In this document: positions 7,220 through 16,400 of the stretch, piece after piece
Position numbering within the stretch: position 1 is the first letter of the stretch
Layout: the number at the start of each line of letters is the position of its first letter
DNA from: Coleofasciculus chthonoplastes F2-STO-03
Lineage (GTDB): Bacteria; Cyanobacteriota; Cyanobacteriia; Cyanobacteriales; Coleofasciculaceae
DNA length: 24,691 bases
Reading direction: 5' to 3'
Assembly: GCA_040222015.1 (NCBI GenBank)
Contig: JAVJWO010000068.1
Span: 1 to 24,691 of the forward strand
Notes under the pieces: generated by a model
Databases searched by the model: none
Seen by the model: the letters and a program-made list of their open reading frames with translations, nothing else
Told to the model about the DNA's origin: nothing
Made by a program: the position numbers and the translations under genes

Positions 7220-10200
7220 CTAGAGCGTAAATTCTTTAATAACAGAAGACTGAACTTTGCTATTAGTAACTTGAGACTTTGCACAACGATTGACTGGGGT
7301 AAAAGGTTCTAGCATATTCTTTGACCCATAGAAAAACATATCCTGCTTACCAAAGACCTTGAGACATTCCCCGGTAATGCTGTCAACATGGGGAGATGCC
7401 AGGAAAGCAACAATCTCAGCAATTTGATGGGTGGGGATTGAACTATCGCGGTAGGCTTTAGGAGTGAGATCCGTATCCACAAATGCAGGACAAACCGCAT
7501 TAACTTGGATATTTTGTTGTTTAAGTTCCTCGGCTAAAGATTTTGTTAAACCGGCAACTCCATGTTTAGAAGCAGCATAGGCGCTAAAGAGAGGATAACC
7601 AATGACAGAAGAATCTGAACCCAAATTAATAATTTTACCCTTACCCCGCCGCAGTAAATAAGGAACAACCGTCCGACAGCAGTAATAAGTGCCAAAAAGA
7701 TTAACTTCGACAGTTTTGCGCCATTTTACAGGATCTGAATTAGCTAAGGTTGCAAAGCCAGTAATTCCCGCATTATTGACTAAAATATCAATCCCTTGCC
7801 ACTGCTCGACAATCTGCGCGATCGCGGCTTCTACTTGGTTTAATTCGCTAATATCGGTGGGAATGGCTATCGCCTGTCCACCCCATTGCTGAATTTGGTT
7901 GACAGTTTCCTGGAGTTGGTCTTGATGACGAGCTAAAACGGCTACTTTAGCACCTTGTTGGGCTAACTTAAGGGCGATCGCCTGACCAATTCCTCGTCCA
8001 CCTCCTGTAACAATAGCCACTTGTCCAGCTAATGGGAGAGAAGACAAATTTATAGGTTGGGGAGCATCTGGGGCTGGAGACTGATTGATTTTGGGTTGAG
8101 GAACCTCTGCGAGTAAAGATTGCAAGAGAGATATATATTGCTGTCCTAACTGTTGAATGGTGGTAGCCGAATGGAAATGCTCCGAGTATTCGAGTTGTAA
8201 CTCTAGACGGTTATCAACAACCGAGAAAAAGAACTCTAAAAGTGTCGTTCGTTTCTGTTCCGGCGGTGAAAGACGCCGATCCCAGTCTTCTTTCATAAAC
8301 TCAAACAGTGAAGACGGTTTAATATCCCGATTCCCCAGATAATTAGCCCGAACAGGCGTTAAATGATTATCGGGATACATGAAACTTGGGAGTCGCTCGC
8401 CTAACCAATCAAAAGTACCGCCATTCATTGGGACTGCCTCAAATTTATCCTTGATCTGTTGCAGCAGATCCTGCCAAGATTGGTCTGTTTCTATGGTTAA
8501 TCCTAGAGGAAAGTTGGTGGCAAAGTTACCAATACTATCAAAAAAATGCTTCTGCTTGCCTAAATTTCGACTATGGATTCGATGACTCAAAATAACATCA
8601 TGACGCTGGCTCCAGTTCGCCATTAAGCGGTATAAGGGAGCTAACAATAGAGAATAAACATTACAGTCATAGTGTTTTTTGGCATGAGTCAGGAGGTGTT
8701 TGGTTTCATCGGGGGATAAGTTAAACCATTCACTAGCAGCGGACGTTTCTAGATTCGCTCCCAATTGCTTGTCGAGAGGGATTTGAAATGTGGATTTGGC
8801 GGTAGGAAATTGGGCTTGCCAATAATCGAGGTGACTTTCTAAGTGTCCCTGTTCTTCTTCCTCCATCAATAAGCGCACATAATCAGCATAGGAAGAAGTT
8901 TGGGGGAAAGTGTCCAAAGGATTAGTCTTTCCTGACAATAATTGAGTATAGATTAACCAGAATTCTCGGAACAGGATTTGGTTGCTTAATAAATCCCCAA
9001 TAATATGATGTCCAATGGTGTTGATGTCGTAACAAGTATCATTCACTTTGACGACCAGTGCTTGAACTAGCGGCCATTGATTGATCCGAAATTCCTGTCC
9101 GATGGCTTTTATTTTCTGATGAATCTCCAGATTACGCTCTTCTGTACTTAGATGAGAACCATCATAAAAAATCGCTTTTAAAGCATTTTGATGATGAATT
9201 TCCTGTTGCCACCATTGTCCGTCTTCTTGGATAAAAATCGTTCGCAATGCCCAATGACGTTCAATTAAGTAATTAAGAGCTTGATTAAAGAGGCTTAGAT
9301 CCAGCGGTTGATGATAAAGACAACGACTGTAACCTGTCCATTGATATGGAGCCTCAAAGTAACGCACTAACCATCGTTGTGCTGGTCCTAAGGGAAGACG
9401 TTCTAATGAAACAGACTTTGCTTTTGTTGGCGAAGAAATTTTATCTGATGTCTGCGCTGGTTTACCTTGGAAATAAGCAAGCAGAGCCTTACGATCTAAT
9501 TTGCCGTTGTGATTTTTAGGCAAACTAGGTAACCACTCTATGCGGTGGGGGATCATATAATCTGTTAACTGACGGGCTAGATAATTTTTCATTTCTTGCA
9601 CATCAACCACAGATCCTGCTAAACCAGCCACTAAGCGTTTTTGTCCCTCCCCATAATCGAGAACGACGACTCCTGCTTCTTGAACGCTGGGATGAGATAG
9701 AAGAACCGTTTCAATTTCCCCGAGTTCAATGCGAAATCCCCGAATTTTTACCTGATGATCGATGCGACCATGATATTCAATGCTACCGTCTGGTAATTGT
9801 TTGGCGAGATCCCCGGTGCGATAGAGCGTTTTACCCTGAATATGAGGAAAAGGATTGGAACAAAAGGCTTTAGCTGTACGTTCGGGATCTTTGAGATAGC
9901 CTTTCGCTAACTGTACTCCTCCAATCCAAAGTTCTCCCATTTTCCCTGGGGGTAACGGCTGACGATTGTCATCCAAAATCAGCAGATCCACATTGTCAAT
10001 GGCTTTACCAATGGGAATACTGGTTTCTCCTTTCTGTCCGGGATGTTGACGAATAATATGAGCAGAGACATCAATGGACGCTTCAGTGGGTCCATAAAGA
10101 TTAGCCAATCCAGTGCTGTTTCCATACTGATCCAGCCATTTGTGAATAAAGGGAATGGGTAGGGCTTCTCCACTAAAAAACAGCCAGCGCAAATGGGGAA

Positions 10201-13200
10201 AGGTAAACCCTTCTCCTTCTAAAGCATTGATAAATTCCCCAAAGAGAGAGGGGACAAAGTGCATGACATTAATACGAGCTTCATTGATCCATTCTGCCAA
10301 TTGCCAAGGGTTTTTCACCGTTGTCTTGGCAAGGGGGCAAGCGGTTGCACCATACATTAGGGGCCAAAATATTTCCCAAATCGAGATATCAAAACAAATG
10401 GACGTTTTTTGGGCTACGCGATCGCTGGGGGCTAAGGCAAAGGTTTTTTGCATCCATTCCAGACGATTCATATATCCTCGATGGTTGAGCATCACCCCTT
10501 TGGGACGACCCGTTGAACCGGAAGTGTATAAAACGACCATGAAATCATCAGGGGTATTAACAAGAGTTAAATCCTCCACCGATTCTTGGAACCAAATGTC
10601 TTGATTGACTTGTTTTAAGACTTTATTGCCTTTAAAGCGAGTGCCTTCATCTAAGAAAACTAAAGAATGTAAAGGAGAGTCAATTTGAACACATTCGGTC
10701 AATTTGTCTGTTAATTGAGACTCTGTTAATAAAATATCAATTTCGGCATGACCCAACATATAACCAATGCGATCTTGAGGATAGGTCGGATCGATGGGAA
10801 CATAAGCTCCCCCTGCTTTGAGAATCCCTAAGATGCCAATCCACATGAGAGGGTTACGATGGGTCATAATGCCAACAAGAGCCCCTGGTTTAACCCCTTG
10901 TCGGCGTAAATAATGGGCGAGTTGGTTAGAAAGCGTGTGTAACTGTTGATAGGTAAGGGACTGATTTTCTCCCAAGATAGCAAGGGCTTGTGGCGTTTGC
11001 TGTGCCTGACGAGCGATCGCTATATAAGGAATAGCCAGCGAGTTAGTAGCTTCTAAAACCGGAGAAGTGGCTGGACTGATAGCTTGAGCAATTTCCGCTA
11101 AACTGCGGCAAGATAAGAGTTTTTGGCGATCCAGTCTTTGTCCTAATTCTTGTTCTAGTTTTGTGACCAAACGAATGTGTTCTAAGGAGTCCATTCCTAA
11201 CTCGGATTCAAGATCTCGATGCCAATCTTTTTCCGTGAGCGTCAAGTGAAAAATTTCGCTTACAAGCGTTGCCATCGTCGTAACAAATTCTTGATTGAGG
11301 TGAAACTGTTTAATCGCTTTTTGTTGAAATTTAATTTCCAGATTAGCCAAGTCTTCCAGTTGAAGTATAAACTGCTCAATCAAATAATTAATGAACGTAT
11401 CACTAAAACAATTTATGTCATAGCTGGTGTTAATGTATAGACAACCATTGAATATTTCTGTCAAAGTGTCTATACATCCAGCATTTGTTACGGTAGCAGA
11501 ACGATAGTCTAACACCTCAACAGCAGCATATCGAGGTTTTATATGGGTTTGTCCCATATTCGAGAGGAAAAGATTAGATTTAATTGAATTCTGCATCAAA
11601 TTAACTGCAAAGCTGGGCAACTTTCCCTGAGCAAGCATAACCTTGTCTCGCAATGTTAGCCCCATCTGACGAGTCTGGGCTTTATCATAATTAGCCGCTA
11701 AACCTGATTGAATTTCTGCTTGAATAGATTGCAGTAAAGTAGTCCAATCTGATTGATTTTTAATAGAGGGAAAACTCAAGGCTAAATTTTGAGCAAAACA
11801 ACCAATAACGTTAGTTGCATCAGCATCAGGATAAATGCGTCCCCCGGTAGGAATATTGATGATTGGGGCATCAGGAATTGGACTACAGTGGGCGATCGCC
11901 TGTAAATAGGCTCCTACTAACAAAGAATTAAAAGATAACCTTAATTCATGAGCTTTCTGGATCAATTTAGAAACAATCTCAGAGCTTACTTGATAGCGCA
12001 AACTATGAATCTGGGTTTCTAAACCAGAATTAGTTTTTTGTTGAGGATTCCAAACAAATTTATCTTTACTTTGTTTAGCTAAATACTGTTTCAATAATTC
12101 CTCAGCTTGAGGATCTTGCCATTGATTGAGAGATTGAATTAACTGGCGATAGTCTTCAACAGATGTTGAAGGAGGTAATATAGGTTCTGTTCCTGCTAAA
12201 CGCGCCCCATAAATTTCCAGAAATTCTCGCAGAATAATTTGATTACTGAGTCCATCAGATAAAACATGATGATGATGCAAGCCTAGCTCATAAACAGAAT
12301 CATTGAGGTGAATCACAAAAAAAATATGAAGCGGCCACTTTTCGATATTCCAACGTTCATTAATACGACGATTTACTTCTTTACAAATGAGAGATTTTTG
12401 AGTTGTTTCATCGTACTTTCGCAAGTCAATAATTTCCATTTCTGGTAGTTGAGTTTGATTGCCAACTCGTAGTTGATAAGCTGAAAACCGTGTCGCATCC
12501 TGTGGAATGAAAAAGTAAGCTCTCAACATCGGATGACGTAACAGGAGTTCTTGCCAGCTTTGTTGAGCGATGGTGGGTTCAAAGCTTCCCCTAACGCGAA
12601 CGGTAGAACAGACACTACATGTAGAAACTGCCCAATGAGTTGCCAAAAAGATGTACTGAGAATCAGTAATATCGACGGTTTCTTCACTTAAATCAACAAA
12701 TAACGTTTTTTTATCGCTATTTTGATCCACAGAATCAGTTGCTTTTTGTTGGTTATATTCTAAATCAATTAACCAATCTTGAGCAATTTCAATCATTTCT
12801 CCCAAGGTTTGCAACTGCATTAGCTGCTCCATCGGCACAACTTGCAAAAACTCGTTTTGTCGCTGTTGGGGAATCAGTTGAATCATGCCATTGAGCAGTT
12901 CCACTGTTTTAATCGAATCGAGTCCTAAATCGCTTTCTAGGAATAAATCAGGAGCTAAGTCGGCAGGATGATGCCCCGTAATTTGACCGACAAGGTTAAA
13001 GATTTGCTGCTCTATGATTTCTGTGGAGGACTGTCCCTTAGAAGCCGAGAGAGAGGATGTTGTCATCACATTAGGGGAGTTTTCAGCGACAACAGGAGCA
13101 GCAGAGTCAGTCAGATTTGGAGCAATTAACCAATCTTGAGCAATTTCAATCATTTCCCCCAAGGTTTGCAACTGCATTAACTGCTCCATCGGCATAACTT

Positions 13201-13387
13201 GCAGAAACTCGTTTTGTCGCTGTTGGGGAATCAGTTGAATCATGCCATTGAGCAGTTCAACGGTTTTAATTGAATCAAGTCCTAAATCGCTTTCCAGAAA
13301 TAAATCTGCGGCTAAATCATCAGTTTTATGCCCCGTAATTTTGGTAACTAGGTTAAATATTTTTTGTTCAACCGATTTAGAAGTCAT
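7220..13387 (-). CDS. Atypical NRPS: ACP-ACP-C-ACP-A(Ser-type)-E-like C-SDR
   Basis: Two LGLDSIKTVELL carriers; C with HHHHVLSDG (~12250-12277); third carrier LGMDSLEH (~11177-11203); A-domain cores YTSGSTGRPKG, YGPTE, YRTGDL, QVKIRGFRIELGEIE, NGKLDR; second condensation-superfamily domain HHIIGDL; SDR TGGGRGIG, NNAG, YAASK. Start taken at ATG 13387 (MTSKSVEQKIF); ORF track extends to GTG 13438. Confidence 0.88.
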   Translation of the reverse strand: MTSKSVEQKIFNLVTKITGHKTDDLAADLFLESDLGLDSIKTVELLNGMIQLIPQQRQNEFLQVMPMEQLMQLQTLGEMIEIAQDWLIAPNLTDSAAPVVAENSPNVMTTSSLSASKGQSSTEIIEQQIFNLVGQITGHHPADLAPDLFLESDLGLDSIKTVELLNGMIQLIPQQRQNEFLQVVPMEQLMQLQTLGEMIEIAQDWLIDLEYNQQKATDSVDQNSDKKTLFVDLSEETVDITDSQYIFLATHWAVSTCSVCSTVRVRGSFEPTIAQQSWQELLLRHPMLRAYFFIPQDATRFSAYQLRVGNQTQLPEMEIIDLRKYDETTQKSLICKEVNRRINERWNIEKWPLHIFFVIHLNDSVYELGLHHHHVLSDGLSNQIILREFLEIYGARLAGTEPILPPSTSVEDYRQLIQSLNQWQDPQAEELLKQYLAKQSKDKFVWNPQQKTNSGLETQIHSLRYQVSSEIVSKLIQKAHELRLSFNSLLVGAYLQAIAHCSPIPDAPIINIPTGGRIYPDADATNVIGCFAQNLALSFPSIKNQSDWTTLLQSIQAEIQSGLAANYDKAQTRQMGLTLRDKVMLAQGKLPSFAVNLMQNSIKSNLFLSNMGQTHIKPRYAAVEVLDYRSATVTNAGCIDTLTEIFNGCLYINTSYDINCFSDTFINYLIEQFILQLEDLANLEIKFQQKAIKQFHLNQEFVTTMATLVSEIFHLTLTEKDWHRDLESELGMDSLEHIRLVTKLEQELGQRLDRQKLLSCRSLAEIAQAISPATSPVLEATNSLAIPYIAIARQAQQTPQALAILGENQSLTYQQLHTLSNQLAHYLRRQGVKPGALVGIMTHRNPLMWIGILGILKAGGAYVPIDPTYPQDRIGYMLGHAEIDILLTESQLTDKLTECVQIDSPLHSLVFLDEGTRFKGNKVLKQVNQDIWFQESVEDLTLVNTPDDFMVVLYTSGSTGRPKGVMLNHRGYMNRLEWMQKTFALAPSDRVAQKTSICFDISIWEIFWPLMYGATACPLAKTTVKNPWQLAEWINEARINVMHFVPSLFGEFINALEGEGFTFPHLRWLFFSGEALPIPFIHKWLDQYGNSTGLANLYGPTEASIDVSAHIIRQHPGQKGETSIPIGKAIDNVDLLILDDNRQPLPPGKMGELWIGGVQLAKGYLKDPERTAKAFCSNPFPHIQGKTLYRTGDLAKQLPDGSIEYHGRIDHQVKIRGFRIELGEIETVLLSHPSVQEAGVVVLDYGEGQKRLVAGLAGSVVDVQEMKNYLARQLTDYMIPHRIEWLPSLPKNHNGKLDRKALLAYFQGKPAQTSDKISSPTKAKSVSLERLPLGPAQRWLVRYFEAPYQWTGYSRCLYHQPLDLSLFNQALNYLIERHWALRTIFIQEDGQWWQQEIHHQNALKAIFYDGSHLSTEERNLEIHQKIKAIGQEFRINQWPLVQALVVKVNDTCYDINTIGHHIIGDLLSNQILFREFWLIYTQLLSGKTNPLDTFPQTSSYADYVRLLMEEEEQGHLESHLDYWQAQFPTAKSTFQIPLDKQLGANLETSAASEWFNLSPDETKHLLTHAKKHYDCNVYSLLLAPLYRLMANWSQRHDVILSHRIHSRNLGKQKHFFDSIGNFATNFPLGLTIETDQSWQDLLQQIKDKFEAVPMNGGTFDWLGERLPSFMYPDNHLTPVRANYLGNRDIKPSSLFEFMKEDWDRRLSPPEQKRTTLLEFFFSVVDNRLELQLEYSEHFHSATTIQQLGQQYISLLQSLLAEVPQPKINQSPAPDAPQPINLSSLPLAGQVAIVTGGGRGIGQAIALKLAQQGAKVAVLARHQDQLQETVNQIQQWGGQAIAIPTDISELNQVEAAIAQIVEQWQGIDILVNNAGITGFATLANSDPVKWRKTVEVNLFGTYYCCRTVVPYLLRRGKGKIINLGSDSSVIGYPLFSAYAASKHGVAGLTKSLAEELKQQNIQVNAVCPAFVDTDLTPKAYRDSSIPTHQIAEIVAFLASPHVDSITGECLKVFGKQDMFFYGSKNMLEPFTPVNRCAKSQVTNSKVQSSVIKEFTL
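12766..13370 (-). repeat. Tandem duplication encoding the two N-terminal ACPs (offset 357 bp)
   Basis: 12766-12900 vs 13123-13257 differ at 4 of 135 nt; similarity continues with more mismatches to ~13010/~13370. Confidence 0.9.
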
Positions 13388-13402
13388 ATTTTTCTCACTC
13401 AA

Positions 13403-13412
13403 TAACCTACAT
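13403..13412 (-). promoter_or_regulatory. Recurrent upstream motif, copy 2
   Basis: Exact TAACCTACAT 15 nt upstream of NRPS ATG 13387. Confidence 0.4.
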
Positions 13413-13458
13413 TTTTTAAACATTGGGGAATTCTTCACAATCTAATGAAGATTGAAAG

Positions 13459-16400
13459 CTATTTAATATCGAAAGCTTTAGCTAGGGCTAAATAGCTTTG
13501 CTGGCGTTGATCAGCAGAAAGAATCGGCACAGTATCTGTTGGTCGTAATTCTTTAGATGAGGAAGGAATGCTAATGGATTGAATGGGTTCAGTCTGTCCT
13601 TGATTCGTGTGATCTGAGTTCACGGATTCCACTACAGGTGCTTGGTAAGGTTTATTGTCAAAAGGATAGATAAATAAAGGAACACGACGAGTCCCAAAAG
13701 CAAACAATTCTGAAGGTCTAAAACCTACACCATTCACATAAAAACGTGCCATTACTCTTAATAAAGCTTCAATTGTGTTTATTTCTGGACTAGGTACTTG
13801 CCAGATGACCGAAAGTTTATCTAGGCTAAGTCGATCCACCAAATCACTGGAATTACCTAAGTACAAGTAGATAGTTTCAGATTGCTTCGTTTCCTGAGCC
13901 AAATTCAGTGAACCGCCTAACTGGACAAAAGCACTTAACTGAAGACTAGACACCTGAGTCGTTGGATGAAATATCCCTTTAGGAGTAACTAGAGGGCAAT
14001 GCCAATTTAAGGACTTTTCTTCTTCTGTTTGAATCTTCTTAGCCGGAATAACAATTTTTTCCCCTTCCAACCGAGCTAAGGCAGCTAAAGCTTCTTCTAG
14101 GGTTAATAGTCCGGTGAAACAGGCTCCCACTAAAATACCAATGCCTGCTACTAATAGTTTTTTCGGTTCGACATCCAGAAACTTTAACCAAGACAAATAG
14201 GCATATTGGCTAGCAAAATCGTGAATTTTAGTTGAGGATTGAGGATAATTAATAAACGGTTTCCACCGAGATTGACACGCTTCATAAGCTGATTTATACA
14301 CTGGAAACTGTTGTCCAATGGTTGTGACATCTTCGACGCTTAAGTGATTAGTACCATCTAAGATTAAAGAGAGCGGTGTTGAACGTTTAGGATTGGCTCG
14401 TCCCCGATAAATCTCTGAAGGTTGACAATCATTCGTTATTGCCTCAAGATAATCTAACAATTGTTGCCGCTCTTTGACGACGAAAGCGGCTTTAGAGGGA
14501 AATTCCTTCTGAGCTTGATTCATGGTGAAACAAACCTCAGCTATTTCCTGTTCGGGATAAGCGAGTAGATGCTCACGGAGTTGACTGGCAATCTGTTGTA
14601 ATTTAGCAGGAGTACGAGCCGTTAAACAAAGTAAATAAGATGGGGTATCATCCGTTATCCTTGGCGAAGAGGATAAGATTGGTGCTTGTTGAAGAATAAT
14701 ATGAGCATTGGTTCCGCCAAAGCCAAACCCATTTACCCCGGCTCGCAGAGGATGCTCTTGATTTGACCAGGACATTCCCTGTTCTCCCACCACATAAAAG
14801 GGCGTTTTTGCAAAATCGATATTGGGATTAGGACTTTGATAACCTTGGGTTCCTGGAATGTGTTGATGCTGCATCGATAGCACCACTTTAATCAGGCTGA
14901 GAATGCCAGAAGCGGATAAGCCATGACCAATTGAGGATTTTACTGAACCGATTCCACAAAATTGTTGGCACTCTGTAAAGGTGCGAAAGGCTTGAGTCAT
15001 TCCTTCTATTTCAATCGGATCGCCGAGTAACGTCCCAGTCCCGTGAGTTTCAATATAATTGATGGTTTCAGGAGCAATCCCTGATTGCTGATAGGCTTGA
15101 CGAATTGCTTTAGCTTGTCCTTGGGGATTTGGCGCGGTAATCCCTTGGGAATGACCGTCATTGTTAATGGCTGAACCTTTAATTACCCCATGGATATAAT
15201 CTCCATCGGCGATTGCTTGTTGTAACGGTTTTAAAAGAATAACCCCTGCGCCTTCTCCGATGACCATACCATTTGCTCTACTGTCGAATGGATAACAAGT
15301 TCCTGTCTCAGACAGTGCCTGAACGCGGCTGAGAAAGGTTAAGGGAGTAGGACTCAGATTTAAGTTAACACCGCCCACAATTGCCATCGAACTTTGCCCA
15401 GAGCGCAGGCTGTCACAGGCTAAGTGCAGTGCTACCAGAGAGGAAGAACAAGCGGTGCTAACCGATAAACTCGGTCCCGTGAGATCCAAACAATGGCTAA
15501 TTCGGGCGGCAAGTTGGTTTAATTCGTTTCCAGCCGCCGTTTCTGACAGAATTTCACTGGGTTGGAGGATTTCAATTAAAGTATTTTGCAAAGCCTGACG
15601 ATTTTGCTCAGGTAACTGATTAAACCATTCACTGGTTTCTAATCGTTGGCATAATGCACCATAGGACTGATAGTTTATAAAATGTTCTACATAGTTATTT
15701 TGTCCACAACCGACAAAGACACTAATGTCTTGAGTGCGGTTTTTGCTACCATATCCTGCCTGGAATAGAGCTTGCCAAACCAGTTGTAGAACAAGCCGTT
15801 GTTGGGGGTCTATTGCCATTGCTTCCTTTGGCGATATCCCAAAAAACAGGGGGTCAAAGTCATAGGGATTGTCAATAAAACCACCCCATTTACAATAGGT
15901 CTTATATGGAGTTTGTTTAGTGGGTTCAAAATAATCTTTCGTTGACCAACGGCTACTCGGAACAGAACCAATGGCGGAGCGCCCCTGACTGAGTAAATTC
16001 CAGTATTCTTCTAAATTGTTGGCTCCTGGGACTTTACACGCCATGCCAATGATCGCAATATCGGTTACAAGATTTTTTTCTGGGTTTTGGCTGATTTGTC
16101 CTGTTTGAGTGGATGTAGTCGCAGAAACAGTTAAGGGAGAGGTAAAAACTTTCTGATTATCTTCAAAATATTTTACTAAGGCATCAAGACTTTGATACTC
16201 AAATAAAATAGTGGGAGATAATTGGGTATTCAGACTTTGATTTAACTGTTGAATTACCTCAATTCCGGCTAAAGAATCTAATCCCAGTTCTGAGAAGCTT
16301 TGATATCCTTCGATTTGTTCCACCGACAGCTTAATATGCTCACAGAGAATCTCTTTCACTAAATCTTCTAGATGAGTCACCTGAGCCTTCGGTAATGATG

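Noticed and set aside
7220..13387. True sphingolipid synthesis (Ser + acyl + SDR)
   Set aside because: No PLP-dependent serine palmitoyltransferase/AONS domain in the window; C-domain chemistry implies an amide or ester link.
13388..13438. GTG start at 13438 for the NRPS
   Set aside because: The extra 17 residues precede the ACP fold; ATG 13387 has a purine-rich GAGTGAG upstream and begins at ACP helix 1.
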